DNA of 64,000 bases from a virus (lineage: Duplodnaviria; Caudoviricetes), in the IMG/VR virus record IMGVR_UViG_3300002026_000014, positions 16,724 through 80,723 of that record, one strand, 5' to 3'. Below the pieces are notes generated by a model. It did not search any database, had not been told where the DNA came from, and worked only from the letters and a program-made list of their open reading frames with translations. The translations under genes and the position numbers were made by a program. Of this stretch, positions 49,269 through 57,712 are shown piece by piece; position 1 is the stretch's first letter; every line of letters starts with the position of its first letter.

Positions 49269-49669
49269 ATTTTTATTACTTTAACAGGCATATTAGCTCT
49301 CATCATCAGATCAATCATGTTCATAGTGCCAGGCGATGAGCCATTATGAAAGGCTAAAAGTTGTGAAGACACTAGTGACATTTCATAATTTCTTTTATAT
49401 CCTGCACTTTTACCTAAACTCCAATCAGCGGGGAATTGTAAACAAGGATATTTAAATTTATCACACCATTCAATAATTAATCTATCTGCACCTGTAGGTG
49501 CAGCACCTGATATAAATAAAATAGGTGCATCAAAATTACTAATAAATTCCACTAGTATTTCATGAAATTCTTTTCTATTGTTATACCCCCTAGTGCCTGC
49601 TACGATTACACGGTTCCTGTAATCGTGTAAATTTAACGATTGAACTTGTTGCGTTTTAGGGTATATCAT
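49265..49669 (-). CDS. SLOG-superfamily (YspA/DUF2493-like) nucleotide-binding protein
   Basis: VIVAGTRG, ISGAAPTGAD, FPADW..GKSAGYKRN, LLAFHNGSSPGT. Confidence 0.8.
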   Translation of the reverse strand: MIYPKTQQVQSLNLHDYRNRVIVAGTRGYNNRKEFHEILVEFISNFDAPILFISGAAPTGADRLIIEWCDKFKYPCLQFPADWSLGKSAGYKRNYEMSLVSSQLLAFHNGSSPGTMNMIDLMMRANMPVKVIKI

Positions 49670-49681
49670 ATTTTAGAAATA

Positions 49682-50347
49682 TTAAAGATTATTACGAAGA
49701 TGAAGACAAGTTAGGAATGTTCTTAATGTGTGTGTGCTTTTCACTCCAGATGAGTATTTATCAATTGCTTTAATACTAACACTACCTGTCCTATCAATCA
49801 TAGTGTTCATTGCATTAAAACCTTTTTCATCACCACCTCTGAATTTCAGGAATTCAGCAAGTCCTTCATTCAATCCAATTGCAGCGAGAACCTGCGTTTC
49901 AGGATAAGAGATTTTAGAACCCTTTGATTTACCTGTCGGCTGGCCAGTAAAATCATCTACTGAGTTATTATCCTCAGGTATGCTAATCTTCTTAGATAAC
50001 ACCTGTGCTTGCCTACGTATAGGCAAATCCATTACTAAATAAGGAATTGGTGTAAGATAAGACGGGTTTCCATTTTGAGCTGGTACCCAGACTCTTTGAA
50101 AAAAGTTATGACCTAGCTCTTTCGCTATTTCTATATTTCTACTGGTTTCTAATCTATTTTTTCCAAAATTAGGTGCAGTAATAGAGAGGTTAATTTTACC
50201 GGATTCCAGGTCGAGCATAAATGTATCAAATTCTCTATCTGACATATTTTCGAATAATGTCAGATATAAATTTTTATTTTCTTCACCAGGAATAATTTTT
50301 TCTATATATGTTAATATGAAATCCTGTGCAGCTTTTCTATTAGGCAT
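49682..50347 (-). CDS. Virion RNA polymerase subunit, beta C-terminal part (phiKZ gp149-like)
   Basis: LPIRRQAQVLSKKISIP, DFTGQPTGKSKGSKISYPE, KFRGGD. Confidence 0.85.
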   Translation of the reverse strand: MPNRKAAQDFILTYIEKIIPGEENKNLYLTLFENMSDREFDTFMLDLESGKINLSITAPNFGKNRLETSRNIEIAKELGHNFFQRVWVPAQNGNPSYLTPIPYLVMDLPIRRQAQVLSKKISIPEDNNSVDDFTGQPTGKSKGSKISYPETQVLAAIGLNEGLAEFLKFRGGDEKGFNAMNTMIDRTGSVSIKAIDKYSSGVKSTHTLRTFLTCLHLRNNL

Positions 50348-50372
50348 GATAAATCCTTTAAATTAATATTAT

Positions 50373-50867
50373 TCAAATGATTTGTATTAATCTGTTTAAT
50401 GAATCAAATCTGTATTGCATATTTTTATTTAGATTGTCTAAAAAGGAACTTAATTTCTCGTCGTATAGTTCAGATGTAGTGTTTTCTAAACTGGCTTTTT
50501 TCAAAGATTTACAATTTCCGACTATAACGGGTAGTTTCTTTAATGCAGATAAAACATTAGCTGCACCTACATGTCTGGCTGCAAATTTATCAGCTTCTAA
50601 CTCTTTTAACTTTTGATCTATTTGTTTTCTAGGTCCAGATAAATGACCTAAATTATAATGGCCTAGTTCATGGTAATAAATAGCCTTGAATTCTAAATCA
50701 GTCAAATTTCTTTTTAAATGAGTACTCATCACAATGACGTACCTAGGTGGTCCGGGCAATTCTTTACCGTTATAAAATTTCTTTGCAATCTCACGGGAAT
50801 CCCCAATGATTGCACCACCTGCTTTTAATAACTTTAAGTTAGTTGATACAATAAGTTGGAGTTGCAC
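50373..50867 (-). CDS. HExxH zinc-metallopeptidase-like protein (M48/ImmA-like)
   Basis: AIYYHELGH...ELEADKFA; start codon uncertain. Confidence 0.65.
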   Translation of the reverse strand: MQLQLIVSTNLKLLKAGGAIIGDSREIAKKFYNGKELPGPPRYVIVMSTHLKRNLTDLEFKAIYYHELGHYNLGHLSGPRKQIDQKLKELEADKFAARHVGAANVLSALKKLPVIVGNCKSLKKASLENTTSELYDEKLSSFLDNLNKNMQYRFDSLNRLIQII

Positions 50868-50924
50868 AGATTTTCCTAATTGATGTATTGGGTCATTTGA
50901 TTTACTAACTTAATCATTTTTAAC

Positions 50925-50960
50925 AAAAAAAAATAGAGCCCGCCACCGGGTTATTTTTTA
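50925..50960 (-). terminator. Rho-independent terminator
   Basis: GC-rich stem (GAGCCCG/CGGGTT) flanked by A and T tracts downstream of 50972..51169. Confidence 0.6.
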
Positions 50961-50971
50961 TACTACTAAAA

Positions 50972-51169
50972 TCAGTAGTATTTGAAGACGCCCCAGAGCT
51001 TGATATTCTCCAACCAAATTCCGTAGTTTTGTTTGAGATTTTTCCTGCGCCATGCGAGCTTTTCGTTAGCCATGCGAGCGCCATGAGAACGCGCTACGTG
51101 GCGCAGGACCTGTATCTTTTGATCCAATGTGACTGGGCGAGCAGCCTCAGGGATAACGGAGAAGTCCAT
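50972..51169 (-). CDS. Small basic GC-rich early protein
   Basis: 65 aa; best SD belongs to out-of-frame ATG at 51191. Confidence 0.6.
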   Translation of the reverse strand: MDFSVIPEAARPVTLDQKIQVLRHVARSHGARMANEKLAWRRKNLKQNYGIWLENIKLWGVFKYY

Positions 51170-51260
51170 TTTTTGATGCGAGTTTTTTCATGATAAATCC
51201 TTTCGCTACATTGTAGCATACATTAAAACGATTATAGATATATTCCTATGCCTATTCAAT

Positions 51261-51290
51261 TTTAGTATATGTGACTGAAAAAATCTAGGA
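51261..51290 (-). promoter_or_regulatory. Bipartite promoter-like motif copy
   Basis: Minus strand ATCCTAGA-TTTTTTCAGT-CACATAT. Confidence 0.65.
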
Positions 51291-51770
51291 TGAGATTAAA
51301 TATTTTTTAAGATAATGTCCTTGTTTCATCTGCTGATCATTAGGACAGTATCCGTAATCTGATTTAAATAAATTATAGTAATCAACGGCAGCCTCAGTTA
51401 TTGTACTACGGTGATGATCAAATCTTAAATCTATGCTAAAAGCTAGCTTTCTCATTTCTCTTAAAGCATCAATCTCTATTTGCCGAACTCTTTCGCTAGT
51501 GATAAATAATCGTTCACCAGCTTCCTTAAGTGTGAGTTCTAATTTAAATCTCATGTAAATAACATTTTTATGTAAGGGTTTAAGTTGATCTAATAATTTC
51601 CATACATATTCTGCAAAATTATCAATTGGACTTTGTTCGTTATAATCAATCTCATCAACTACTTCTACTTCTTTTATTAATAGGGGTAATTCTTTATTCC
51701 TACTGCTATATATTGCATATGCAGCGGAATTGTTACGTATATCTATTTCGCCATATCTTGGTTCTCTCAT
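51285..51770 (-). CDS. Stand-alone sigma-70 region-4 HTH protein (RpoD/FliA-like r4)
   Basis: LTLKEAGERLFITSERVRQIEIDALREMR; start reassigned to MREPRY to match paralog. Confidence 0.8.
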   Translation of the reverse strand: MREPRYGEIDIRNNSAAYAIYSSRNKELPLLIKEVEVVDEIDYNEQSPIDNFAEYVWKLLDQLKPLHKNVIYMRFKLELTLKEAGERLFITSERVRQIEIDALREMRKLAFSIDLRFDHHRSTITEAAVDYYNLFKSDYGYCPNDQQMKQGHYLKKYLISS

Positions 51771-51820
51771 ACCGTATTTCTTCCGCAGCATAGCTGCATA
51801 TATTAAAACGATTACAAATA

Positions 51821-52294
51821 TTATTTGATATTGTCAATTTTGGAAATTAGTGAACGGAAATTTTTCGGAACCATATTCTTATAAAAGAATGTGTCATAAA
51901 TTTTACCATAATTAAAGTTAGACATAAAATCTAACTTTAATCCATGATATTTAATTTTTATACAGACTAATGTTTTTAATTCACCCAAAGCGTTATTTAT
52001 CACACTTTCAATTTTGTTACGCTTGATAGACAACTCTTCAGATATTTCTAAATAAGTCATTTCTGATTCATACAACATGATCAGAATTCTTTTATCTAAT
52101 GGATCGAGTTCATCTAAAAATTCCCATACCATCCTAGCAGAATCATCAATAGAATATTGATCAATATAATCAATCTCATCAACTACTTCCACTTCTTTTA
52201 TTAATAGAGGTAACTCTTTATGCCTATTTCTATATATTTCATATGCACCAGGATTGTTACGTGTATCTATTTCGCCATATCTCGGTTCTCTCAT
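51821..52294 (-). CDS. Stand-alone sigma-70 region-4 HTH protein (ECF-like r4)
   Basis: LDELDPLDKRILIMLYESEMTYLEISEELSIKRNKIESVINNALGELK. Confidence 0.75.
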   Translation of the reverse strand: MREPRYGEIDTRNNPGAYEIYRNRHKELPLLIKEVEVVDEIDYIDQYSIDDSARMVWEFLDELDPLDKRILIMLYESEMTYLEISEELSIKRNKIESVINNALGELKTLVCIKIKYHGLKLDFMSNFNYGKIYDTFFYKNMVPKNFRSLISKIDNIK

Positions 52295-52324
52295 ACTGTA
52301 TTTCTTTCTCAGCTAATCACCATG

Positions 52325-52624
52325 TTAATCATCTAGATATTTATCTCTCTGCACATTTTCCCAAATTAATTCAGGAATTTTAATATTGAGATTCTTAAGA
52401 GCATTCTTGAAATATCCTAAGTCCCGATAATTATGTGGTTCAGATACCAATTTATTATCAGATAAATTGGTATAGAGATAAAAATTCTCATCGTCTATTT
52501 CGTCTTCATCGGAAGCTATAAACCTTTCAACAACAAGATAATACCTATGAAGTGGATTATCATATCCAACCAGTACCGTAAATTTATCATTATTAACTTC
52601 AACATCAATTGAATATTGCGACAT
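52325..52624 (-). CDS. Hypothetical protein
   Basis: 99 aa, AAAGGAATTTGCT-ATG. Confidence 0.7.
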   Translation of the reverse strand: MSQYSIDVEVNNDKFTVLVGYDNPLHRYYLVVERFIASDEDEIDDENFYLYTNLSDNKLVSEPHNYRDLGYFKNALKNLNIKIPELIWENVQRDKYLDD

Positions 52625-52647
52625 AGCAAATTCCTTTATTTTAAAAA

Positions 52648-53016
52648 TTACTCGTGTTGGTTTCTAGGGAAACCTTTTGGTGTGGCCCACCACCAATCTT
52701 TACCATTATCCAAATTGTATTTATCATTATACAATTCAATATCTACTAAAGTAGTAATTGGTGGTTGATCTACTTTTTGATCAAATTTAAAAATCGGAAT
52801 CCATTCATGTGTCTCACGAATGTATATCCATTTAGATTCAGCCAGTCCAGGCACTGATATTAACTCCTCTTCAGTAAGATGAGCTTTTTGGATAACACCG
52901 CCAATATCTTGATGACGGAAACAAAGAGACGGATCATCTCTTAAATATAAATCTTCAATGATTTCTTTATAGGTGTAAGACTTATATTGTTTTGGGTAAA
53001 TAATTATTTTGGACAT
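52648..53016 (-). CDS. Hypothetical early protein
   Basis: 122 aa downstream of promoter-like motif at 53062-53091. Confidence 0.7.
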   Translation of the reverse strand: MSKIIIYPKQYKSYTYKEIIEDLYLRDDPSLCFRHQDIGGVIQKAHLTEEELISVPGLAESKWIYIRETHEWIPIFKFDQKVDQPPITTLVDIELYNDKYNLDNGKDWWWATPKGFPRNQHE

Positions 53017-53061
53017 TATGAACTTTCAAAAAGAAACATGTTCGACTATTCCTTCCAAGGA

Positions 53062-53091
53062 AGTAATATGTGGTTTAAATATTCTAGAATC
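53062..53091 (-). promoter_or_regulatory. Bipartite promoter-like motif copy
   Basis: Minus strand ATTCTAGA-ATATTTAAAC-CACATATTAC. Confidence 0.6.
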
Positions 53092-53176
53092 AAAAAAAAA
53101 AATAAGAGCAAACTTATTTTTATCCGTTACGCGCTACGGTATCGAGCGGCATGTTTAATGTCATGCCTGACATTAC

Positions 53177-53395
53177 CTAATCTTGGTTAGTTGTGTCGCG
53201 ATATTCGCGCAAACTACCAATATAAGCTTGGATACCTTCCATTAGATCAGGAATAGTAAGGTTTAATTCCTTACCTATTTCCTCAACTAACAGAGAATCG
53301 TCCAACTCTTTTAGAGCTGAATAAATCTCCTCAAGCTTGATTAGGTTACTGTCATACACAGATACGTGTGTAACAGCAAACCCCATAAATGCCAT
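53177..53395 (-). CDS. Small acidic hypothetical protein
   Basis: AAGGAGATTAA-ATG; 72 aa. Confidence 0.7.
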   Translation of the reverse strand: MAFMGFAVTHVSVYDSNLIKLEEIYSALKELDDSLLVEEIGKELNLTIPDLMEGIQAYIGSLREYRDTTNQD

Positions 53396-53460
53396 TTAAT
53401 CTCCTTATATAGCAATTATAAAAATAAACAGTTTTATGACTTGTTTAGGTCTCAAGTAGG

Positions 53461-53778
53461 TCAGCTGATACTAACTAGCGCCCACTTGATAGACGCACCC
53501 TCAGGGAGAATGCTGGCTCCTTCTGGGAGCCGTGGACCGACGTATTGGCCCACTAGAATCTGGTCACCTGGGACCAATTGAACTGTCACACGTGCCATTG
53601 GCACAGGAGTACACAACACGTTGCCAAACACAGCCGCAGTGTCAGCATGCCCGACGGCGCTGTCTACATCCACTGTCATCACCTGAGCTTGGCCCAGAGT
53701 CAACTCATCCACCCGAATTGTGGATGTCAACGAATTCAGCATATTCAAAGAAAAAGCATTGCAGAGGAATTTGATCAT
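53461..53778 (-). CDS. acrIII-1: DUF1874 / AcrIII-1 family cA4 ring nuclease (anti-CRISPR type III)
   Basis: FLCNAFSLNML, SAVGHADTA, ARVTVQL, PRLPEG match the family motifs; GAAAGGTTTATC-ATG at 53778 (105 aa). Confidence 0.85.
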   Translation of the reverse strand: MIKFLCNAFSLNMLNSLTSTIRVDELTLGQAQVMTVDVDSAVGHADTAAVFGNVLCTPVPMARVTVQLVPGDQILVGQYVGPRLPEGASILPEGASIKWALVSIS

Positions 53779-54036
53779 GATAAACCTTTCTCGCGTAAAA
53801 ACGCTTTGAGAATTAGACATTTAAAGGTATGTCTATAAAACCAAATCCTTTTTGCACTTTCACCCTTTTGGGATAGGTAGTGCGTCAGGGCAAACCTTAT
53901 TGATCCGTTTCGTGGATCAGTCGTTTGCACACGATATCGTACAAATTACCTAATATATTCTCTTCATATTTAGGCGGTCAAAACGATGACCTTTAGCAGT
54001 TATTGAGTAGCATGCTTAGGCTACACGGGATGGGTA

Positions 54037-54336
54037 TTAAACGTTACCCCAACGTCGCTGGACTGCGATACGACGCATCCAATTAGTGAGCTGTTTCTTA
54101 AACAGCACGCATGGGATGAATGTGATAATCACAAACATTGCATACGGTAGCCACAACAGCATCAAGTAACTCGTCACAATTGTGACTGTCCTCACCGTGC
54201 TTCGACGATATGCCGGATAGCAATCGTAACTCAAACCAACCATTTCATTAAATACCGTGAAAGAAATGCTGGTCAGAATGCCAGCAAAGCCGACGATTGC
54301 GAAGAACGCGACGGAGAAGTATTCGATTGAGAACAT
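54037..54336 (-). CDS. Small membrane protein
   Basis: Two to three hydrophobic segments, basic C-terminus, AAAGGAAACATC-ATG. Confidence 0.7.
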   Translation of the reverse strand: MFSIEYFSVAFFAIVGFAGILTSISFTVFNEMVGLSYDCYPAYRRSTVRTVTIVTSYLMLLWLPYAMFVIITFIPCVLFKKQLTNWMRRIAVQRRWGNV

Positions 54337-54390
54337 GATGTTTCCTTTCGCAGCTGTGCTGCATTGGTTGATTAAATTACTAACTCAATT

Positions 54391-54420
54391 TAATCATATG
54401 TGACTGAAAAAATCTGGAAT
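54391..54420 (-). promoter_or_regulatory. Bipartite promoter-like motif copy
   Basis: Minus strand ATTCCAGA-TTTTTTCAGT-CACATAT. Confidence 0.65.
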
Positions 54421-54425
54421 ACAAT

Positions 54426-54468
54426 TTTAATACACCGAAGGAATTAACCCTTTGGTGTATTAAAATAT
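54426..54468. terminator. Terminator-like hairpin
   Basis: TTTTAATACACCGAAGG...CCTTTGGTGTATTAAAA. Confidence 0.65.
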
Positions 54469-54476
54469 TGTATTCA

Positions 54477-54803
54477 TTAAAACGCTAATTTTAAATTTAT
54501 AATACTGGGAGCAATAGCATCCCTAAATATTTTTAAGTAATCAGCATCGCTACCAGTATCCACTAAACAAAATCGCTCGCGTGTAGTACTAACTGAACAT
54601 AGTCCTAATTGGACTCTCCAATATCTATTAATTAAAAAACGTTGCAACTTAGGTGCTGCACCAATAGCTTCTCTAACAGTAGAGTCACCGATCCAATTAT
54701 CTGGACGAGGATGATTCATTAATGCTAAAATATTACAAATTTCCAATACTAAATCTATATCGCCAGGTTTTCTTTTTTCTTCAAATACATTTGACGTAAT
54801 CAT
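54477..54803 (-). CDS. Conserved hypothetical protein
   Basis: 108 aa, RFLINRYWRVQL. Confidence 0.7.
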   Translation of the reverse strand: MITSNVFEEKRKPGDIDLVLEICNILALMNHPRPDNWIGDSTVREAIGAAPKLQRFLINRYWRVQLGLCSVSTTRERFCLVDTGSDADYLKIFRDAIAPSIINLKLAF

Positions 54804-54836
54804 GTTATTATTTTTCCTATGAATGTGTGTACTACA

Positions 54837-56261
54837 CTATAATACATTTAATTTTTTATTCTCGTCCATCCAATAAGGTTTATAGATGCCAGCTCTCATC
54901 TTTAATAAATCTAATGTGCTAAGAAACGGTATTGGATGTTTATCGTTATTAGATGTCCACCATCCCCGAGTAGATAATAAAGTCGACCAATCATACCCTT
55001 GAGTTTTCAAATCATCATATAACTCTTTAGGTGTACATAAAAACACTTTATCTGATTCCTGCCAAAGATAATTCATTTGACACATCTCAGATGTGATGTT
55101 CAAAGCTCTGCGTAAAAGTGGATCAGTGTCAATTTTCCCTCTGACTGAAGTTCTAGATAGTTTTACATCGGGATAAAGATCTAAACTGTAATTTTGCAAA
55201 CTACCTGTAATTCCATACCTATCGTTAGTTTTGATATAATTAAATTCAGTCAAAGACGGCAACACACCTTCTCTTTGAGAAATGATAATTTGCATAATCA
55301 AACCAGAAGGACCTGTTTTACTTCTGAGTTGAACCATTGTGACTAAAAATAAATCAGTATCACCTTTTACATTGTCATCGCTATTTCTAGGATATTCAGG
55401 ACCTTTTGTAGTGTCATTAAAAAGAGGAGTAGCGTTTTGGCATTGCCAGCAATTGGTAGTTAAGAATGTGAAATCATCAGTGACGCCTTTGAGTGTATCA
55501 TTGTTCTTTAAGAATTGTAATTTCTTAACGGGTGCTGCTCTTGGATCCATCGGAATGTTTTTACCCACATGTGCAGATATTAACATATAGTTATTGGATT
55601 GCTGAATCGGTTTTGGTAAATAAGAGAGCATTCTCTTTTTAGCCTGACCTTCTTTCATATACAAAGTGTTTGCACCGCTTTCACCTAATTCATTATCTTC
55701 TTGCATAGCGTTTGAAGATTGAGTATCAAACTTAGTCAAACTGTCAATTTCCGTAAAAGTGGGAATGAGCATAGTGAGATTAGTTTTACCGTCTCTGGAT
55801 AAGAATGGTGATTCCACAGTAATGCTTTTTGCATTAGCTATCTTAGAGTCCATATATTTTTTTAAGTGCTCAAACCACTCGTTACCATGATAAGCAGTTT
55901 TATCAGTCACTACCCATCTTCCGGTATTAATCACATCTTCATCTTTGAATTCAGTTATATTTGAAACGAGTGACTTTAAACGATTTTCAGAAATATTAAT
56001 TTCTGTATCGTAAGTACTAGCTGCACTATTTTCGAATTTCGACATAGCTGACAATAGCATGTAATGCATGATAGTGGATTTAAAATTATTACCGATACCC
56101 ACTATACCTGTGATATTTCCTAACCCGCCATTTAAAATACTCTCACCATGCTTACCTGTTTCATAACTGCCTGTAGCTATATCAAAAAGACTACCGATAT
56201 TATAAGAAAATTTAACATTCGGTATAGCTGTAAAATCAGCTTTTAAATTAAAATCAGCCAT
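54837..56261 (-). CDS. RecA/UvsX-like recombinase (phiKZ gp152-like)
   Basis: Walker A-like GIGNNFKST, YDTE, IDSLT, SAHVG, RSKTGPSG. Confidence 0.85.
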   Translation of the reverse strand: MADFNLKADFTAIPNVKFSYNIGSLFDIATGSYETGKHGESILNGGLGNITGIVGIGNNFKSTIMHYMLLSAMSKFENSAASTYDTEINISENRLKSLVSNITEFKDEDVINTGRWVVTDKTAYHGNEWFEHLKKYMDSKIANAKSITVESPFLSRDGKTNLTMLIPTFTEIDSLTKFDTQSSNAMQEDNELGESGANTLYMKEGQAKKRMLSYLPKPIQQSNNYMLISAHVGKNIPMDPRAAPVKKLQFLKNNDTLKGVTDDFTFLTTNCWQCQNATPLFNDTTKGPEYPRNSDDNVKGDTDLFLVTMVQLRSKTGPSGLIMQIIISQREGVLPSLTEFNYIKTNDRYGITGSLQNYSLDLYPDVKLSRTSVRGKIDTDPLLRRALNITSEMCQMNYLWQESDKVFLCTPKELYDDLKTQGYDWSTLLSTRGWWTSNNDKHPIPFLSTLDLLKMRAGIYKPYWMDENKKLNVL

Positions 56262-56391
56262 TTAAATTCCTCGTATTTGTTTAGAGCTTTACTCTGCACA
56301 CTATCGTATACAGTTGTTATTTTTTCCTGATAAGGTAAATCATGTGTTAGACCACATGTCTTAAATATTTTTAAAAATAGGAATTCAAATC

Positions 56392-57222
56392 ATGAAAATT
56401 AATATGGCACCCATAGAAGATCTCAAATATGCACGGGATCAATTAGCGTTAGAGTTCTTTTCTACTGCGCCAGCGGCTAATTTTTTAAAGAGTCTGATGC
56501 CTGGCATTATTAATGCTTTTAGTAGCACTGATCATACACCGGATCTACCTGCGCTCACACCTCTGTCTAAAGATCAATCTAAGTTTATGAAGGTGTTAAA
56601 AGATGTACCTTTTACTGAAATAGGTGAGTTAAGAGCATATACACCTGAAGGAATGAATAAACTCTATTTAGAGTATCTTGAGGTGTTGTTGCCAGTGACA
56701 TCCATGTTTAAGAATTTACAAAATGAAGTAATGCAACCGTATACTTTATTTTTAGCACAATTAGTGTCTGATAAACAAGCTAGTATCTCCACGAATAGTA
56801 AGAAATCCGAGTACGATAGAATGGAGAAAGATAGAGATGATATTTATAAAGCTTTCTCTAAATGTTACGATACAGATTCCTATAAAGCTGAAACTATTGT
56901 TAAACGAGTAGTGCAGAGAAATACGGATTGGCTAATCGTATTTAATAAACTCAATGAATGCTCGATGAACGTGAAAGCAGTAGATAGAGAATTATTAAAG
57001 CGACAGGTAAAACAATGTGTGGATTATTTAGATATTATTAAAGACAATCTAGATAAAGAACAAATGAGTAATACCAGTAGAGAAGCTGCTGCTAGACTCT
57101 CTAATGGCGCGTATAATATCGCGAAATCTATTGAAACTTTCACGACTACCTATTACAGAGTACTTGCTTTAAATGGTTCAGTTGAGAACACCATAAATCA
57201 TATTTTAAAGACTGTGGGTTGA
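56392..57222 (+). CDS. Virion/head protein (phiKZ gp153-like)
   Basis: LALEFF (protease-type A-x-E site), AYTPEGM, VVQRNTDW; sits between recombinase and RNase H. Confidence 0.7.
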   Translation: MKINMAPIEDLKYARDQLALEFFSTAPAANFLKSLMPGIINAFSSTDHTPDLPALTPLSKDQSKFMKVLKDVPFTEIGELRAYTPEGMNKLYLEYLEVLLPVTSMFKNLQNEVMQPYTLFLAQLVSDKQASISTNSKKSEYDRMEKDRDDIYKAFSKCYDTDSYKAETIVKRVVQRNTDWLIVFNKLNECSMNVKAVDRELLKRQVKQCVDYLDIIKDNLDKEQMSNTSREAAARLSNGAYNIAKSIETFTTTYYRVLALNGSVENTINHILKTVG

Positions 57223-57223
57223 A

Positions 57224-57409
57224 ATGAAAAGCAAATCTACCTATGCGGACGATAAAGAATTTTTTAATTCTAAATTAGATTTATATGCAAAAGATCAAAG
57301 AATGAATTTTGATATATTTTCTGATTTTATGAAAAAGATAAATGAATATCACATGGAAACTCTGAGGACATACAGCAAACTATTTTTTAATATTGTTAAA
57401 AATAATTAA
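57224..57409 (+). CDS. Small hypothetical protein
   Basis: 61 aa starting 1 nt after previous stop. Confidence 0.45.
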   Translation: MKSKSTYADDKEFFNSKLDLYAKDQRMNFDIFSDFMKKINEYHMETLRTYSKLFFNIVKNN

Positions 57410-57430
57410 AAAAAAGATTAAACGATCGCA

Positions 57431-57466
57431 TATCCCCCACACCAATTAAGGTGTGGGGGATATTCT
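57431..57466. terminator. Bidirectional terminator
   Basis: ATATCCCCCACACC-aattaa-GGTGTGGGGGATAT. Confidence 0.75.
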
Positions 57467-57472
57467 TTCAGT

Positions 57473-57712
57473 TCAAGACTTCAAGACCGCAAAGGTCTTC
57501 ATCATCTCTGTCAAGGCGGGCATTACTTCTTTGTAGATAGCCGGGATTTCACCCGGTTCTGCTTCGAGCGTGTAGCTCGAAGCATCCATTGAGAAACTAA
57601 CGTCCACACCTTGGGCAGGCCATATGCCAGCCTTGATGTCATCCGGTGTCGCTTCGCGCGGCTCCTTCTTTGCGTTGAAAGAAATGGCGCCCAGGTTAAA
57701 TGTGATCTTCAT
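57473..57712 (-). CDS. GC-rich early hypothetical protein (start reassigned)
   Basis: GAAAGGTTTATT-ATG AAG ATC; 79 aa. Confidence 0.7.
   Translation of the reverse strand: MKITFNLGAISFNAKKEPREATPDDIKAGIWPAQGVDVSFSMDASSYTLEAEPGEIPAIYKEVMPALTEMMKTFAVLKS

Noticed and set aside
53366-53838. + strand ORFs overlapping acrIII-1
   Set aside because: Minus-strand ORF has family motifs and an SD; the others lack both.
53895-53925. CTGAT...CGAAAC on the minus strand suggesting a hammerhead ribozyme
   Set aside because: The core CUGAUGA is not present and the segment folds as a simple hairpin.
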